This document shows, one piece after another, positions 1-22,068 of a stretch of 64,000 bases of DNA. Positions within the stretch are counted from its first letter, which is position 1. Every line of letters starts with the position of its first letter. The position numbers and the translations under genes are program-made. Where the stretch lies: NCBI RefSeq assembly GCF_009914755.1, contig NC_060930.1; one strand, written 5' to 3'. Source of the stretch: the human T2T-CHM13v2.0 reference genome, Homo sapiens. The notes beneath the pieces were generated by a model, which worked only from the letters and a program-made list of their open reading frames with translations, was not told the origin of the DNA and searched no databases.

Positions 1-640
1 GCCCCCTCGGGCTCGCGCCGCCGCCGCGCGGCGCTCCGAGCTTCGGGGCCGTTTCGTCCCCGCCCCCTCTCCCACAGGGGCCTCGCCGGCCGCCGCGCCA
101 GGAGGGCGCGCGGGGGAGGGGCGCAGGGCAAGTGAGGCGGCGCCCCCCGCCCCTGCGGCCTCGCGCGCCCCCTCCTGGGCGACCGACCTCGCCCTCGCGT
201 CCGCGGCGTCCCCTGCCGGCCGGGCGGCGATTTGCAGGTCCAGCCGGCGCCGGTTTCGCGCGGCGGCTCAACGTCCACGGAGCCCCAGGAATACCCACCC
301 GCTGCCCAGATCGGCAGCCGCTGCTGCGGGGAGAAGCAGTATCGTGCAGGGCGGGCACGCTGGTCTTGCTTACAGTTGGGCTTCGGTGGGTTTGAAGCAC
401 ACATTAGGGGGAAATGGCTCTGTTCCTGCAGGTTTGCGCAGTCTGGGTTTCTTAGGTTTAGGGGGTTGGGTGGGTTTCTCTGGGGGTGCGGTGGGAAGCG
501 GATCAGTTCGGATAACGGCCCTGAGCAAGAGTCTCTGTCCCGCTCCCGGCCTGACGCGGGGCTTCCAGCGGACACCACCGACGGTGAGCGCACCCTCTTC
601 ACTGTGAACAGAACGGTGGCCTCCTAGAGCCTGCGCTTCT
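1..640. promoter_or_regulatory. ELOVL2: CpG island: bidirectional promoter of ELOVL2 (- strand, gene lies left of the window) and ELOVL2-AS1 (+)
   Basis: Very GC- and CpG-rich with GC boxes. Contains GCCGGTTTCGCGCGGCGGCTCAACGTCCACGG (249-280), recognised as the ELOVL2 age-methylation assay target. Confidence 0.9.
249..280. promoter_or_regulatory. ELOVL2: ELOVL2 age-associated 7-CpG cluster (cg16867657 region)
   Basis: CpGs at 251, 257, 259, 261, 264, 272 and 278. Sequence and spacing (6,2,2,3,8,6) match my recollection of the forensic ELOVL2 pyrosequencing target. Confidence 0.85.
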
Positions 641-747
641 AGTTACTTTAGTTGTGTGTGTGGCCCAAGTGAAAGACGTCGAAAAAATTGGACTTGCCTG
701 AGTATTACATGAACTTTCTTCCATTTCTCCCTCAAGCATGGGAAGTT

Positions 748-1054
748 GGCGGGCGTGGTGGTTCCCTCCTGTAATCCCAGCACTTTGGGAGGCTGAGGCA
801 GGCGAATCACTTGAGGTCAGGAGTTCGGGACCAGCCTGGGCAACATGGCGAAACCCCGCCTCTTAAATAAAAAATACAAAAATTAGCTGGGTGTGGTGGC
901 CTGCGCCTGTGATCCCAGCCACTCGGGAGGCTGAGGTGAAGGATGGCTTGAGCCCTGGAGGTGGAGGCTGCAGTGAGCCGAGATCACGCCACTGCACTCC
1001 AGCCTGGGCGACAGAATGAGACCCTGTCTCAAAAAAAAAAAAAAAAAAAAAAAA
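748..1054 (+). mobile_element. Alu (AluJ-like)
   Basis: Alu dimer with A24 tail; no clear TSD. Confidence 0.9.
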
Positions 1055-2840
1055 TGTTTACCACATGTGAGGCTCATGTGGTAAACATGTTTATTGGGGT
1101 TGAGAGCAGCCCGTGTGGCTGTGCACGGAGGTACCTGCACCATACACTTAGCATCCCACACCTGGGGCGGTGTGGGAGCCCTTGCAGAGTTTTGTGCAGT
1201 AGCAGAGTGAGTAACTGTAGGTACCGGGGCTAAATCTTAACTGTCATACAATCACCTAATATATAGTTTCCTAATAGAGAGTTTTTCTTCCTAATATAGA
1301 ATTTCTGTAGCTGAAGTGGTAAATATTAGGCATATATTTGTTTATAAAAGGCGGATGATTTTATGACCATAAACAGGTTAACCTAGTCTGATAAAAATCT
1401 CAGGAGTCAGCTCTGCCACATACTGGGTGTGTGGTATTGGGTTGGTTACCTAAACTGTCTATGCTCCAGTTTCCTGATTTACGAATTTGGGATAAAATAG
1501 CACTTAACATTACATGTAGCTGTTAGGGTTAAATTAATATGGGTAAAACTCTAGAAAAATATCTGGTACAAAAGTACTAGTTATTGATTTGTTATCAATT
1601 TGATGCATTTGAGAATCAGAAAGTGATATTCTATTTAATGCTGGCATATTTTTATAAAAAAGTGTGGCCCAAATCAAAGATACAATTTGATTTCAGCTTC
1701 ACTTACTTTGTTCACTCAGCAAAGATTTCAGTGCCTACTATGTGCTAGGCGTTTTGGTAACAGCTAGGGTTACAGTGATGAAGAAAAACACAGTCCCTGC
1801 TGTTAGGAGTTTTTAGAACCTGTGATGATCTATATTATGATATTGAGAGACTTGAAGGAAATTCACACGAATAGTCCCCAAATATTGTTTTTCCTTGGAA
1901 TGATTTTATTCTTTCTGTTTTACCTGTGTTCTTTCTTCTATTTGATACGTGTTATATTTGAAAGCTATAAAAGTAGCTTCCACGTCTTTTGGATATTGAA
2001 TGATAAAAACTCTGGACCTGAATTTCACTGTATCACTAATCTGATGCAGTATAATGTGAATTCTTAATCTAGATAGTGATTTTTTGACATTATTGTGTAT
2101 AAGTAGCACCAGAGGGTTTAATACTATACAGGGATACTTGAGATCCATCAAGATGACCTCAGGTACAGACCAAGAATATGAATTTTTTTTTGGTTTTGCT
2201 TTGGGTTTAATATTTGCTATCAGTTTCACATTGCGGGAGTATCTACTTCATTCCAGAGGCATCTCTGACCCTGCATAAAGTATAATGGACTCTCTATGGG
2301 TCTTGAAGTGGTGAAACCTCCATTTCTAAGGAATATGAATTTTGAACAAGCACCACAAATGATACTGGTGCAGCCAGGCAGTCCATGGATGATATTTTGA
2401 GAAACTAAATTCCATTATCCATTCAGGGAAAGCTTTAGTCTATTTTTCTAACAACATGAAGGGAAAAAACAATTTTAAGTGACAACCGACCTCTAAGAAC
2501 CCTGCGGCTGTTGCTTGCAAAAATTGTATCATTGATGTCATCTAAACCTTGCAAAGCACACCAGGTAAACATGGGGAAGGAATTCTTAAACTTTGAATTA
2601 TCCCTATACTTCCACATTACCATTTAGCCTGATAATCATTATTTTACCTTTATTCTCTAAAAATACACATCAACCCATAAGGCCAGAAGGAGATCTAAAA
2701 AGTCATCTATATCTTATCTGTTTCTTAAAATATTATTTTATGGCTTTCCTTATCACTACAACAAAGGAACAAATGAGACGGCAAATGCCAGAGGGTCTTT
2801 TTCCCCACCAATATTTTATTAAATAGAAAAAGGAAGTGGT

Positions 2841-3255
<415 letters not shown>

Positions 3256-4241
3256 TTATCAATGGAAAATTTAACATGCCATCACTTACATGATTTTATA
3301 ATATTTACTTTCGTTGTTCTCTTGTATGGATTACACAAAAGCTGGAATCTGTTTCTTAGCTGTACGGCAAGCCCATATTGAGCATGTGTACAATAACATA
3401 GACTAATTGTGTGTTAGGTACTTACATGGATGTGGTGCTATATAAAGTGATGATTAGCATAATCTAAGAATCTTAAACCTAAAAATAGAGATCTGACTGA
3501 TGCTCTTTCTCTCCCTCTGTCACATATCGTAGATTTTATAGGTTCAGAAAGTGTGTCTCAGAGGAGTTAGAGAAGACCGATTAATAGATGACAGTGCTAA
3601 AGCCTGGATCTCCTGAATCCTGGGTGAGTATTCTCATTGTCTCTACTGCCTCTGCAGTGCTAGTCTGCCAGCCCTCATCAAAATTATGAAGTAGGCAAGC
3701 TTTGTTTTGGGGGGAGTTTAATCTCCTTTTAGTGTGGTTCTCTTCTGAAGCATCCCTTCTTTTGATATACCTAGCATCTTTGTGTTTTATCTTGAGAAAA
3801 ATACTCACTTACAATGTATTATGACTTTAAATCAGTTTACTACATTTCTTCAAAGTATTTGTACTTTTAGGGTAGTAGTAGAAACAGACTCTGGAAATCA
3901 CGTCCTTTCCTTGGCCATGGGCTCTGCTTTGTGTTAAGAAAGCTCTGCACCTATATGAGTTTAGAAATGAAAAATAGTAAGATAAAGAGTAAAGATTAAG
4001 CCCAAGTGAAGGCACATTGAAAAAACTGAGTTCCCTCCATCAAATTTAGTGCAGCTTTCACTCGATATGTTAGGACTAAGGATTTATGACAAAGCAATAT
4101 ATGTATATATTGGTCATTTGATTGGATGTAGTAACAAGGAGACAATCATGACCTTGTATCAATCCAGGTTTAAAATAAAGTTTATGTTAATTCATTTGAA
4201 AATATTATGCTGAGTACTATATTCTAGTATAACATTCTAGA

Positions 4242-4455
4242 GCAGAGGATGGCAAACTACAGTGGCAGGACAAATCCAGCCAGTTGCCTGCTTTTGTAAA
4301 TAAAGTTTGTATTAGAATACCACTGTGTCCTTATGTTTACGTATTGTCTGTGGGTGCTCTCATGTTAGGACAGCAGAGTTGTGACACAACTGTATGGTCT
4401 GCAAGTCCCCACATAGCTACTATTTGGCCCTTTACAAGAAAAAGTGCCAATTTCT
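4242..4455 (+). mobile_element. MER58-like hAT-Charlie DNA transposon fossil
   Basis: CAGAGGATGGCAAACTAC...GCCTGCTTTTGTAAATAAAGTT resembles MER58A. Confidence 0.7.
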
Positions 4456-4619
4456 GTAGAACTTGGATGATATTAATATGGTATGGAACAATATAGGTGA
4501 CTTCCCTTGTTTTATGAAGCTCATATTTCAACGAGAGGAAGAAGACAATAAGTCTAGATAGAGAAATGTCATGAAGAAACAGTATGATGATAGAGTGACT
4601 TGGGGGTAGCACTTTATTT

Positions 4620-6305
<1,686 letters not shown>

Positions 6306-7123
6306 TCCTTTCCTTGGGGAGAACACTCTAAATAGGATGGTCAGGAAAGGCCCCTCTAAGCACATAATATCTAAATTGAGATCCATTGATGAAAACAAGC
6401 CAGCCATGAAGCCATGAGAAGATCTAGGGGAAATCCTTCCAGGAGAAGATAGCAAATGGAAACACTTCGAGACAGAAAAATCAGGCTTCTTTGAGGAACA
6501 GGAAGTTAGCCAGTGTGTCTGGAAAGTGTGAATCATCAGGGATTGTAGTGAGGATGCAGACCAAATCCTATAGATAGAGATCCATGTGTTTGTTGACACC
6601 ATGGCCACTGGTCCCTGCTCTGTTGCTATGCCTTTGAGGACCTCAGTCCTAAGGAATCCGGGTCCTGGCAGAACATTTTTATGTGATGTTTACTGGTCAG
6701 CTGCAGTTATCCTAGTTTAAAAAATCTAATGGGGGCCATTACTTTGTACCCTTGTAGCCATTGGACTTTATCTTTCATCTTTTTGTTATGCTCACTTAAC
6801 TGATCTTATTTACGCATTCTTGCACTTTACCATTTTGTCTTTCACAGATGCTATTTTACTTAAATTGTCTTTGTTGATTTCTTTTTAAATTTTTTTTTAA
6901 AATGTATTCATGGCAAGTAGCACGGGCATAAAGTGGGATAGTGTACTTCACAAGGAAGGCAGTCCCTCGGCATGACCTGCGATAGCCATCCCAATCCATA
7001 CCACAGAGTGGCTGTTCCTTTCCCAGGTGTACCCCTCCAAGATTAACCCCACACAGTAGTCCTCCAGCCTATTTTTGTTGCAAACCTACTCTACAGCAAA
7101 CTTGAAGCCTAGAATTCAACTGA

Positions 7124-7622
<499 letters not shown>

Positions 7623-7724
7623 CTAGACTAGCAACTCATAATTAATCATTTTGAAGTCTATGATTTTTTGGCCTGTAGTTGGGCTGATCTGTAACAAATG
7701 ATTTTTACAACATTATTGTAAAGT

Positions 7725-8160
7725 TGGTTTTTTTTTTAGAGATGGGAATCTCCTTTTTTTTTTTTTTTTTGATCCAGAGTCTTGCTGTGTCGCTCAGCTT
7801 GGAGTGCAGTGGTGCGATCTCAGCTCACTGCAACCTCTCCCTCCTGTGTTCAAGTGATTCTCCTGCCTCAGCCTCCCAAATACTAGGATTACAGGTGCAT
7901 GCCACCATGCCTGGCTAATTTTTGTATTTTAGTAGAGACGGGGTTTCACCATGTTGGCCAGGCTGGTCTCAAACTCCCGGCCTCAAGGGATCTGCCTGCC
8001 TCGGCCTCCCAAAGTGCTGGGATTACAGGCGTGAGCCACCACACCTGGCCAAGATGGGATCTCCTTATGTTGCCCAGATGGAGTCCTGAACTCCTGCGCT
8101 CAAGGGATCCTCCTGCCTTAGCATCCTGAGGAGCCAGGATTACAAGTTCGTGCTACCACA
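7725..8160 (-). mobile_element. AluS (~7755-8050) nested in an older FLAM/AluJ monomer
   Basis: TSD-like AGATGGG(A)ATCTCCTT flanks the inner Alu; the older monomer resumes at ~8052. Confidence 0.8.
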
Positions 8161-8425
8161 AATTCTTTTCATTATTGTAAATTATTGAAGATGTTATTGT
8201 GAATGTAGTTGGTGATAAAATTTACATGGATGCACAAAATTTAGTAGACTCTTCCCTTGACTTTGCTTCACCTTAGACTGACTGGTCCTGTATTTTCTTT
8301 CTATTGTCATCAAGAACAAAAGCCTTCAATATGAAAACCCTGTATGCCAACAAATAATCTACTCAAAAATTTTGTCAACTTCACCCTAAAGCAAGGAATT
8401 TAAATGTATTAAGAAGTCATCAGGT

Positions 8426-8725
<300 letters not shown>

Positions 8726-9000
8726 GAAGTCATCAGGCTAATAAAATAGCAGAAAATATAGTCTTATTTAAACATAGCTAATGCATTATTATATTTGTCC
8801 TAATTGGTATTAAATGAGGATACAAAATAAGAACAGTCTCAATGTAGTTAACATTTTATCTTTCTAGTAAATTGGTCGATTAACCTTGTAGAAGAAATAG
8901 AGATGAGGAGTCTCAGTGATACTCAAGAGTACAGGTCTCAATTATGTGCATTGTTACAACCTGAGCAAGTTCTTCAATGTCTAGGAAACAGAGACCAAAG

Positions 9001-9198
9001 CAGGGTGTCCAATCTTTTGACTTCTGTGGACCACATTGGTCTTGGGCCATACATAAAATATACTAACGCTAATGATAGCTGATGAGCTAAAAAAAAAAAA
9101 AAAATCACAAAATAATCCCATAATGTTTTAGGAAAGTTTACATTCAAAGCCATCCTGGGCTGCATGTGGCCCATGGGCTGTGGGTCGAACAAGCTTTG
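9001..9198 (+). mobile_element. MER30-like DNA transposon fossil
   Basis: CAGGGTGTCCAATCTTTTG...GATAGCTGATGAGCTAAAAA...GGGCTGCATGTGGCCCATGGGCTG. Confidence 0.75.
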
Positions 9199-9889
9199 AC
9201 TAAAGGCATCCTATAATTAGTGCAGAAGTCACAGCAGGCAGTCTCAGCTTATAACTTCATCATTCTGTAAGCTCAAATGTGATATTTACGGGTAGCTATT
9301 GGGTATCCAATAGAAGCCCAAAATTATGCTAGGTAACTTGCAACGTAGCTCATTTAATCCTCACAATAGTCCTGTGACTAGCCCCGTTGTAGAGGTGAGG
9401 GACCTCAGGCTCAGAGACGTTCAGTAGTGTACACAGGGTCACATGGTTAGGCAGTTGGAAAGTAGGAGAGCCAGGATTCAACCTGAGGCCTGTTGGACTC
9501 TTTCCAGGACACCATGCTGTTTTGAATAATCCTATCTTTAAGAATCTTTATAGAATTGTCAGATAAATTCACTTTCTTCAGGTCATTTATTCACTTATTG
9601 AGGGTCAGTCACTTATATGACATGGGTCCACCGTGACTCTAGGAGAGCTTTACAGCATTGGTAGAAGAGTAGGGTTGAAGCAAAATGTTATGCTCATTAA
9701 GATTGTCATAGTGGCTTAAAGACAGCCTTCAGAGATCTGTAGGTTAATTTTGCAGTTACAGTGAAAGGGAAATTCTTCTGCATTGTTTGCCCAAGTAGTG
9801 AAAATACAAGTGTATGTCACTGGTCTTCCTTCAGCTATTAGTATTAAAGTCTAAAGAGCAGATAAGGTGTGAGCCTTCCAGTGATTTTA

Positions 9890-11030
<1,141 letters not shown>

Positions 11031-11777
11031 TGGTTCATTAAACAATATAAAAATGCAGAGAACAAGTTCAAAATTTAGATATGAGATAGGCGAAGAATAA
11101 ACAGCATTTAGAAATACTCGTGCTAACTGCCAAGATCAATAATGCCATGTTAACCATTGTTGCCCAACTTGTTTTTTATATCATTTATGTTCTACCTGAA
11201 AATAGAGTGGCTCTTTCAAAGAATTCGTTTTATTTATATAAACTCTGAAAAGGAAAAAATTAACAGAAGGCTTTAACATGATTGATCGTTTTCAAGGGGA
11301 TAGGTCAGAGTTCAGGAGAGTGAGTCATGAAGAATTTGTCTAAAATCTTGTTTGGTGACCTCATTGAACTAATTGGATGGAAAAGTACATGTAACAGTAA
11401 TCTTGGGACAAAATATAGTCTATGTCCAATCCCTAACTAATTCTGTTAAATTTACAATTAATTCCATCAGTACTTCAGCTTAGTTCAGTATTTTACTTAT
11501 AATGTTAATTTTGACTGCCTTTTTAGTTTCTGTCACACAGTAGACATTTGGTAAATATTTGAGACAAACTGGCCTTTTGTTATTTACCCCATGCCACCTG
11601 AGGTTTCTATGACATTCTAAAGAGAATTTTATCCGATTCAAAGCTCTTTGAAAAGTATATTATTTTATTAGATAATGGAAATATAGTCCCTGATTAAATG
11701 CCAATTTAATAATATATTTATATAAACAATATTGTGAAACAAATGTGGTCATTACCCTTTTGAGACCTGCACCGTTA

Positions 11778-12287
<510 letters not shown>

Positions 12288-13157
12288 CTAGCAGTGAAGA
12301 AACTGCTGCCTGACCAGTACCCACAGGGTCTGTTGAATTCCAGTAATAGCGACAATTCAGTGAGCTGGGAATTAATATCCAGGAAACTTACATATGTTGG
12401 AGCCTAAGATAAGGTTAGCTAGTAAGAATGGGGCCAAGTATTACCAATGAAAGAAAATTTAGCTTATTTGCATTTTTCTCTATTTTTTGTCCCTAAAAGG
12501 ACACACACTTCAATTCATATGTACCTATCCTGATCATTCTTCCTGTAGTGAAATTGAATGAAGCTTGGTGATACTTCCAGTTGAGTCTTTGCTCACCTGC
12601 TCTTTTACATTAATATCTGCAGCTTTAAAAGGCAGTGCACCAAGCTGGATGCAGTGGCTCATGCCTGTAATCCCAGCTATTCAGGAGGGTGTGAGGCAGT
12701 GGGCAACCAGGGAGTGGCTTGAGCCCAGGAGTTCGAGGCTGTTGTGAGCTGTGATTCTGCCACTGCACTCCAGCCTGGGCACCAGAACAAGGCCCTGACT
12801 CTAAACATAAATTAATTAATTATAGTAAAATAAAAGGCAATGCACCAATAGCTAGACATCATGGTGCAACAATTTGTAGTCCATCATTTCCAGTGAGCTG
12901 AAGTCACTAAATTCCTGAATTTGGATGCATAGATGTGATTAAAGACCTCACATTTGGAGGATGGCCTCTTTTACCATACAACTTTGGACTCACCCTGCTC
13001 CCACAACTCTCATCCTGCCTCCAGCCTCTAGCAAGTTTTGCATAACTTTGGACCTTGCTAAGGGAACTTCTGCTGGTGGTTACACATAGTTTTCTCATCC
13101 AGACAAATAGACTATCAACCAGACTATATCTTGGAACTTTAGCATGCTGTCTCATAA

Positions 13158-13867
<710 letters not shown>

Positions 13868-14040
13868 AGAAACACTTTAAAGCAAACCGATAGCCTTTGG
13901 AACTGGCTGGGGAACAGGTCAATACCCTTTATTCCACTTTAGGAAAAAGAAAAAATAAATAAATGGAAAGAAAACCCAATCCATGTTTTAATGAGACTAT
14001 TCAAGATTCTTACTCTGCCAGAAGATAGGCTGAAAATTAA

Positions 14041-14422
<382 letters not shown>

Positions 14423-14902
14423 GAGAGCAACTTTTAATACTTTCCACAAATTCAGTACTACCTCCTGAGTAGCTGGAATTATGGGCATGAGTCACTGCAC
14501 CCAACTTAGTGTTGAGCAAGAGAACCAAGGAAATTAACTCTTAGCATTGAAACAAAGCACAAACTCATTCTGTAGCCAAGTTGTGGTATTTGAGTAATAA
14601 TCTCAGACACATTTCCTTATTAAGGTCATTAATAGATATCCATCTATATTCTGAGTATTTGTCTGTTAGAATTATCTTGAACTCACTGATACTGAGTATC
14701 CACCAAGTCTGAGAGAGGAATATTTTAATGGGGACTTGTCATTTTTGTAATCTTATCTACATAGGCTAAGTCCATCCCTGCATTAAGCCAGGTCTTCAGA
14801 AAGCTTAGGACAGGGACCACATCAAATTGACCGTTACTAAATTGTTTGACTCCATTGAACTTTGCACTATAGTATCATTTTATATTAAGAAATACCATAA
14901 GA

Positions 14903-15562
<660 letters not shown>

Positions 15563-15612
15563 TTCTTGTGTTTATCTTAATGCAGATAACTTTAAAAAAA
15601 TTACTTGCCCAT

Positions 15613-15975
<363 letters not shown>

Positions 15976-16169
15976 TTATCTGACTTTACTATGTATATTT
16001 GTAATGGAATAATTTTCACTTGCTCTAATTACTAATCATCAAAATGAATTCTAAAGAGTTAATCAAGTAGTGGGGTACCTTTGGCAAGACCAAAACTCAT
16101 TCATTAATTCATTTATTCAACAGGTATTTTTGAGCTCGTTTCATGTGTGTAGTATTTGCCACTAGTGTG

Positions 16170-19380
<3,211 letters not shown>

Positions 19381-19957
19381 GATAAATAAGTCTCTAGAGA
19401 TGAATGCCATTAATTCCCTTTCTCCCTGCAAGCACATCAAGAGGTAAAATCTACTTTCATTCCCCTTAAACTTGGGCTGATCTTGTGACTTGCTGTGACC
19501 ATTGATTGTGGTAGAAGTAACTACATGCAAGTTAAGTTCTGAGTCTAGCCTTTAAGAGTCCTGGCAGCTTTTGCTTTTTCTTGAGGAGGCCAGCCACCTT
19601 AATGTAAAGAAGCTCAAGCATAGTTACTGAGTTGTAAGATACACTATGAAGAGAGAAACGCTACATGAAGGAACACCAGATGAGAGATGTGAGGGAAACC
19701 TTCTTGGACCTTCCATCCCAGTCCAGCTACCCACTAAATTCAGTTGCAGGAACGACCTTAGCTGATATCACACAAAGCAGAAGAACCACTCAGCTGATCG
19801 CTGCCCAGATTCCTGATCCTATTAACATAGTGGCAAGAAAAGCCAGACAAATGTTTAGTGCAGTTAAAAAATATTGTTTATGAACAAGGAACCCCCTTGG
19901 CCTGCACCCAGGTTGAACTGCTCCCCCATCTTTCGATATGCCTTTGGGTAAAAGTGA

Positions 19958-20618
<661 letters not shown>

Positions 20619-21724
20619 GAGAGATTCATAAGTCTCCACTAGCTGATGGTATGGACTAGCAATAATAATTTCTCTATGTACATTCAACTAGCAGAGTTTC
20701 ATGAAATACAGCTTACAACTTCTGTTCAGGTAATCTCACCAAGACTTCAGATATTCAGGATCTAGTAGCATTTTTATTCAGTGAAAACAAAATCTTTCCT
20801 CCTTCCTTTTTTTTTTAATATTTGTTCTTCATTCAAATTTCAAACGGTATTGTATATTGTGGCAAAAGAGAGTAAATGCTGCTTCATCCTCAGTGGGAAC
20901 TAAATCACTCCTCTTTGGCTGCAAGCCTGTAGCTGGTGATGCACACAGATGGCCCCGGCATTGTTTCTGGGATTAGCAAGAAGAGACTCCCTTGTGCGAT
21001 AGAATCAGAAGCCTGCCAGTCAGCCTTAGGAGAAAACAAAACTGGCTGAGATAATGTGTTCATTAAGGTGGCTATCCAGGAATTTTCAATGTTTTTATTT
21101 ACTTCCTCTAGCTTTTTCTCAAAGAAGGTTTCAAGAGAAAGCTATTTGTCAACCTAAGGAAGCATGTGCATCCGTGGCTCAGTCACTTGCACTTGTTTTA
21201 TAGAATGATGTTTTCCCTCAAGCTAGTAACTGAGATAGAGTAATGGAAAGAAAGATGACTTCCCGAAATACATACAAAAATAAAATATCTGCTGTCAGGC
21301 AATCTTTATTAAGGATATTTAAAATGTAATTATTGTACTTCAGTTTGAATAAGTAAAGTCTTTTGCTACTAATATTCATCATTATTCAGCTACTTATTTT
21401 GCCAGTTGCTGCAGTCTTGACTTCAGATAGCTAAGTGTGTTTCTGGACTTGTCCTAGGCCAAAGGAGAGCCTTGCTGCCTTGATGGAAGTTACACCACCT
21501 CTTTTATCCTGGTTATGCTCTTATCTGGTGACTGGTCATGTGAGGGTAGAAAGGCCCAGCTCTCTATGCCACTTCTGGAGCACCCCATAGGACGAAATGA
21601 GTCCCGCCCCCACTGGCCAGTCCTGCTTCCTCACTCCCTCACAGACATTGATCCCAAGAGCACTCCCCAGTAAATGTTCTCCATTTCAGAGACTGCTTCC
21701 CATAGGCAAACGGACCCACAACAA

Positions 21725-22068
21725 TATATTCAGAAAGGTATTCCCCCACAATTCACGTGCTGAAGTTCTAACTGCCATGGAGGGTGGAGCCTTTGGGAGG
21801 TGATTAGATAATAAGGGCTCTGCCCTCATGATTGGGATTCGTGTCCTTATAAAGAGACCCGACAGAGCTAAGCTCACTCCTTTTGCCATGTGAGAACTCA
21901 GCTAAAAGGTGCCATCTGTGAACTTGGAAATGGGCTCTCACCAGACACAGAATCTGAAGATGCTTGATCTTGGACTTCCCAGTCTCCAGGACTATGAGAA
22001 GTAAATTTGTGTTGTTTGTAACCCACTCAATTTGTGGTATTTTGTTATAGCAGCCTGAACTAAGACAC
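21725..22068 (+). mobile_element. MaLR LTR (MLT1A/MST-like)
   Basis: GGAGCCTTTGGGAGGTGATTAG...TGTGGTATTTTGTTATAGCAGCCTGAACTAAGACA. Confidence 0.75.

Noticed and set aside
132-627. ORFs of 87-131 aa in the ELOVL2 CpG island
   Set aside because: Non-ATG starts, Arg/Pro/Gly-rich and no domain; expected from stop-codon scarcity in GC-rich DNA.
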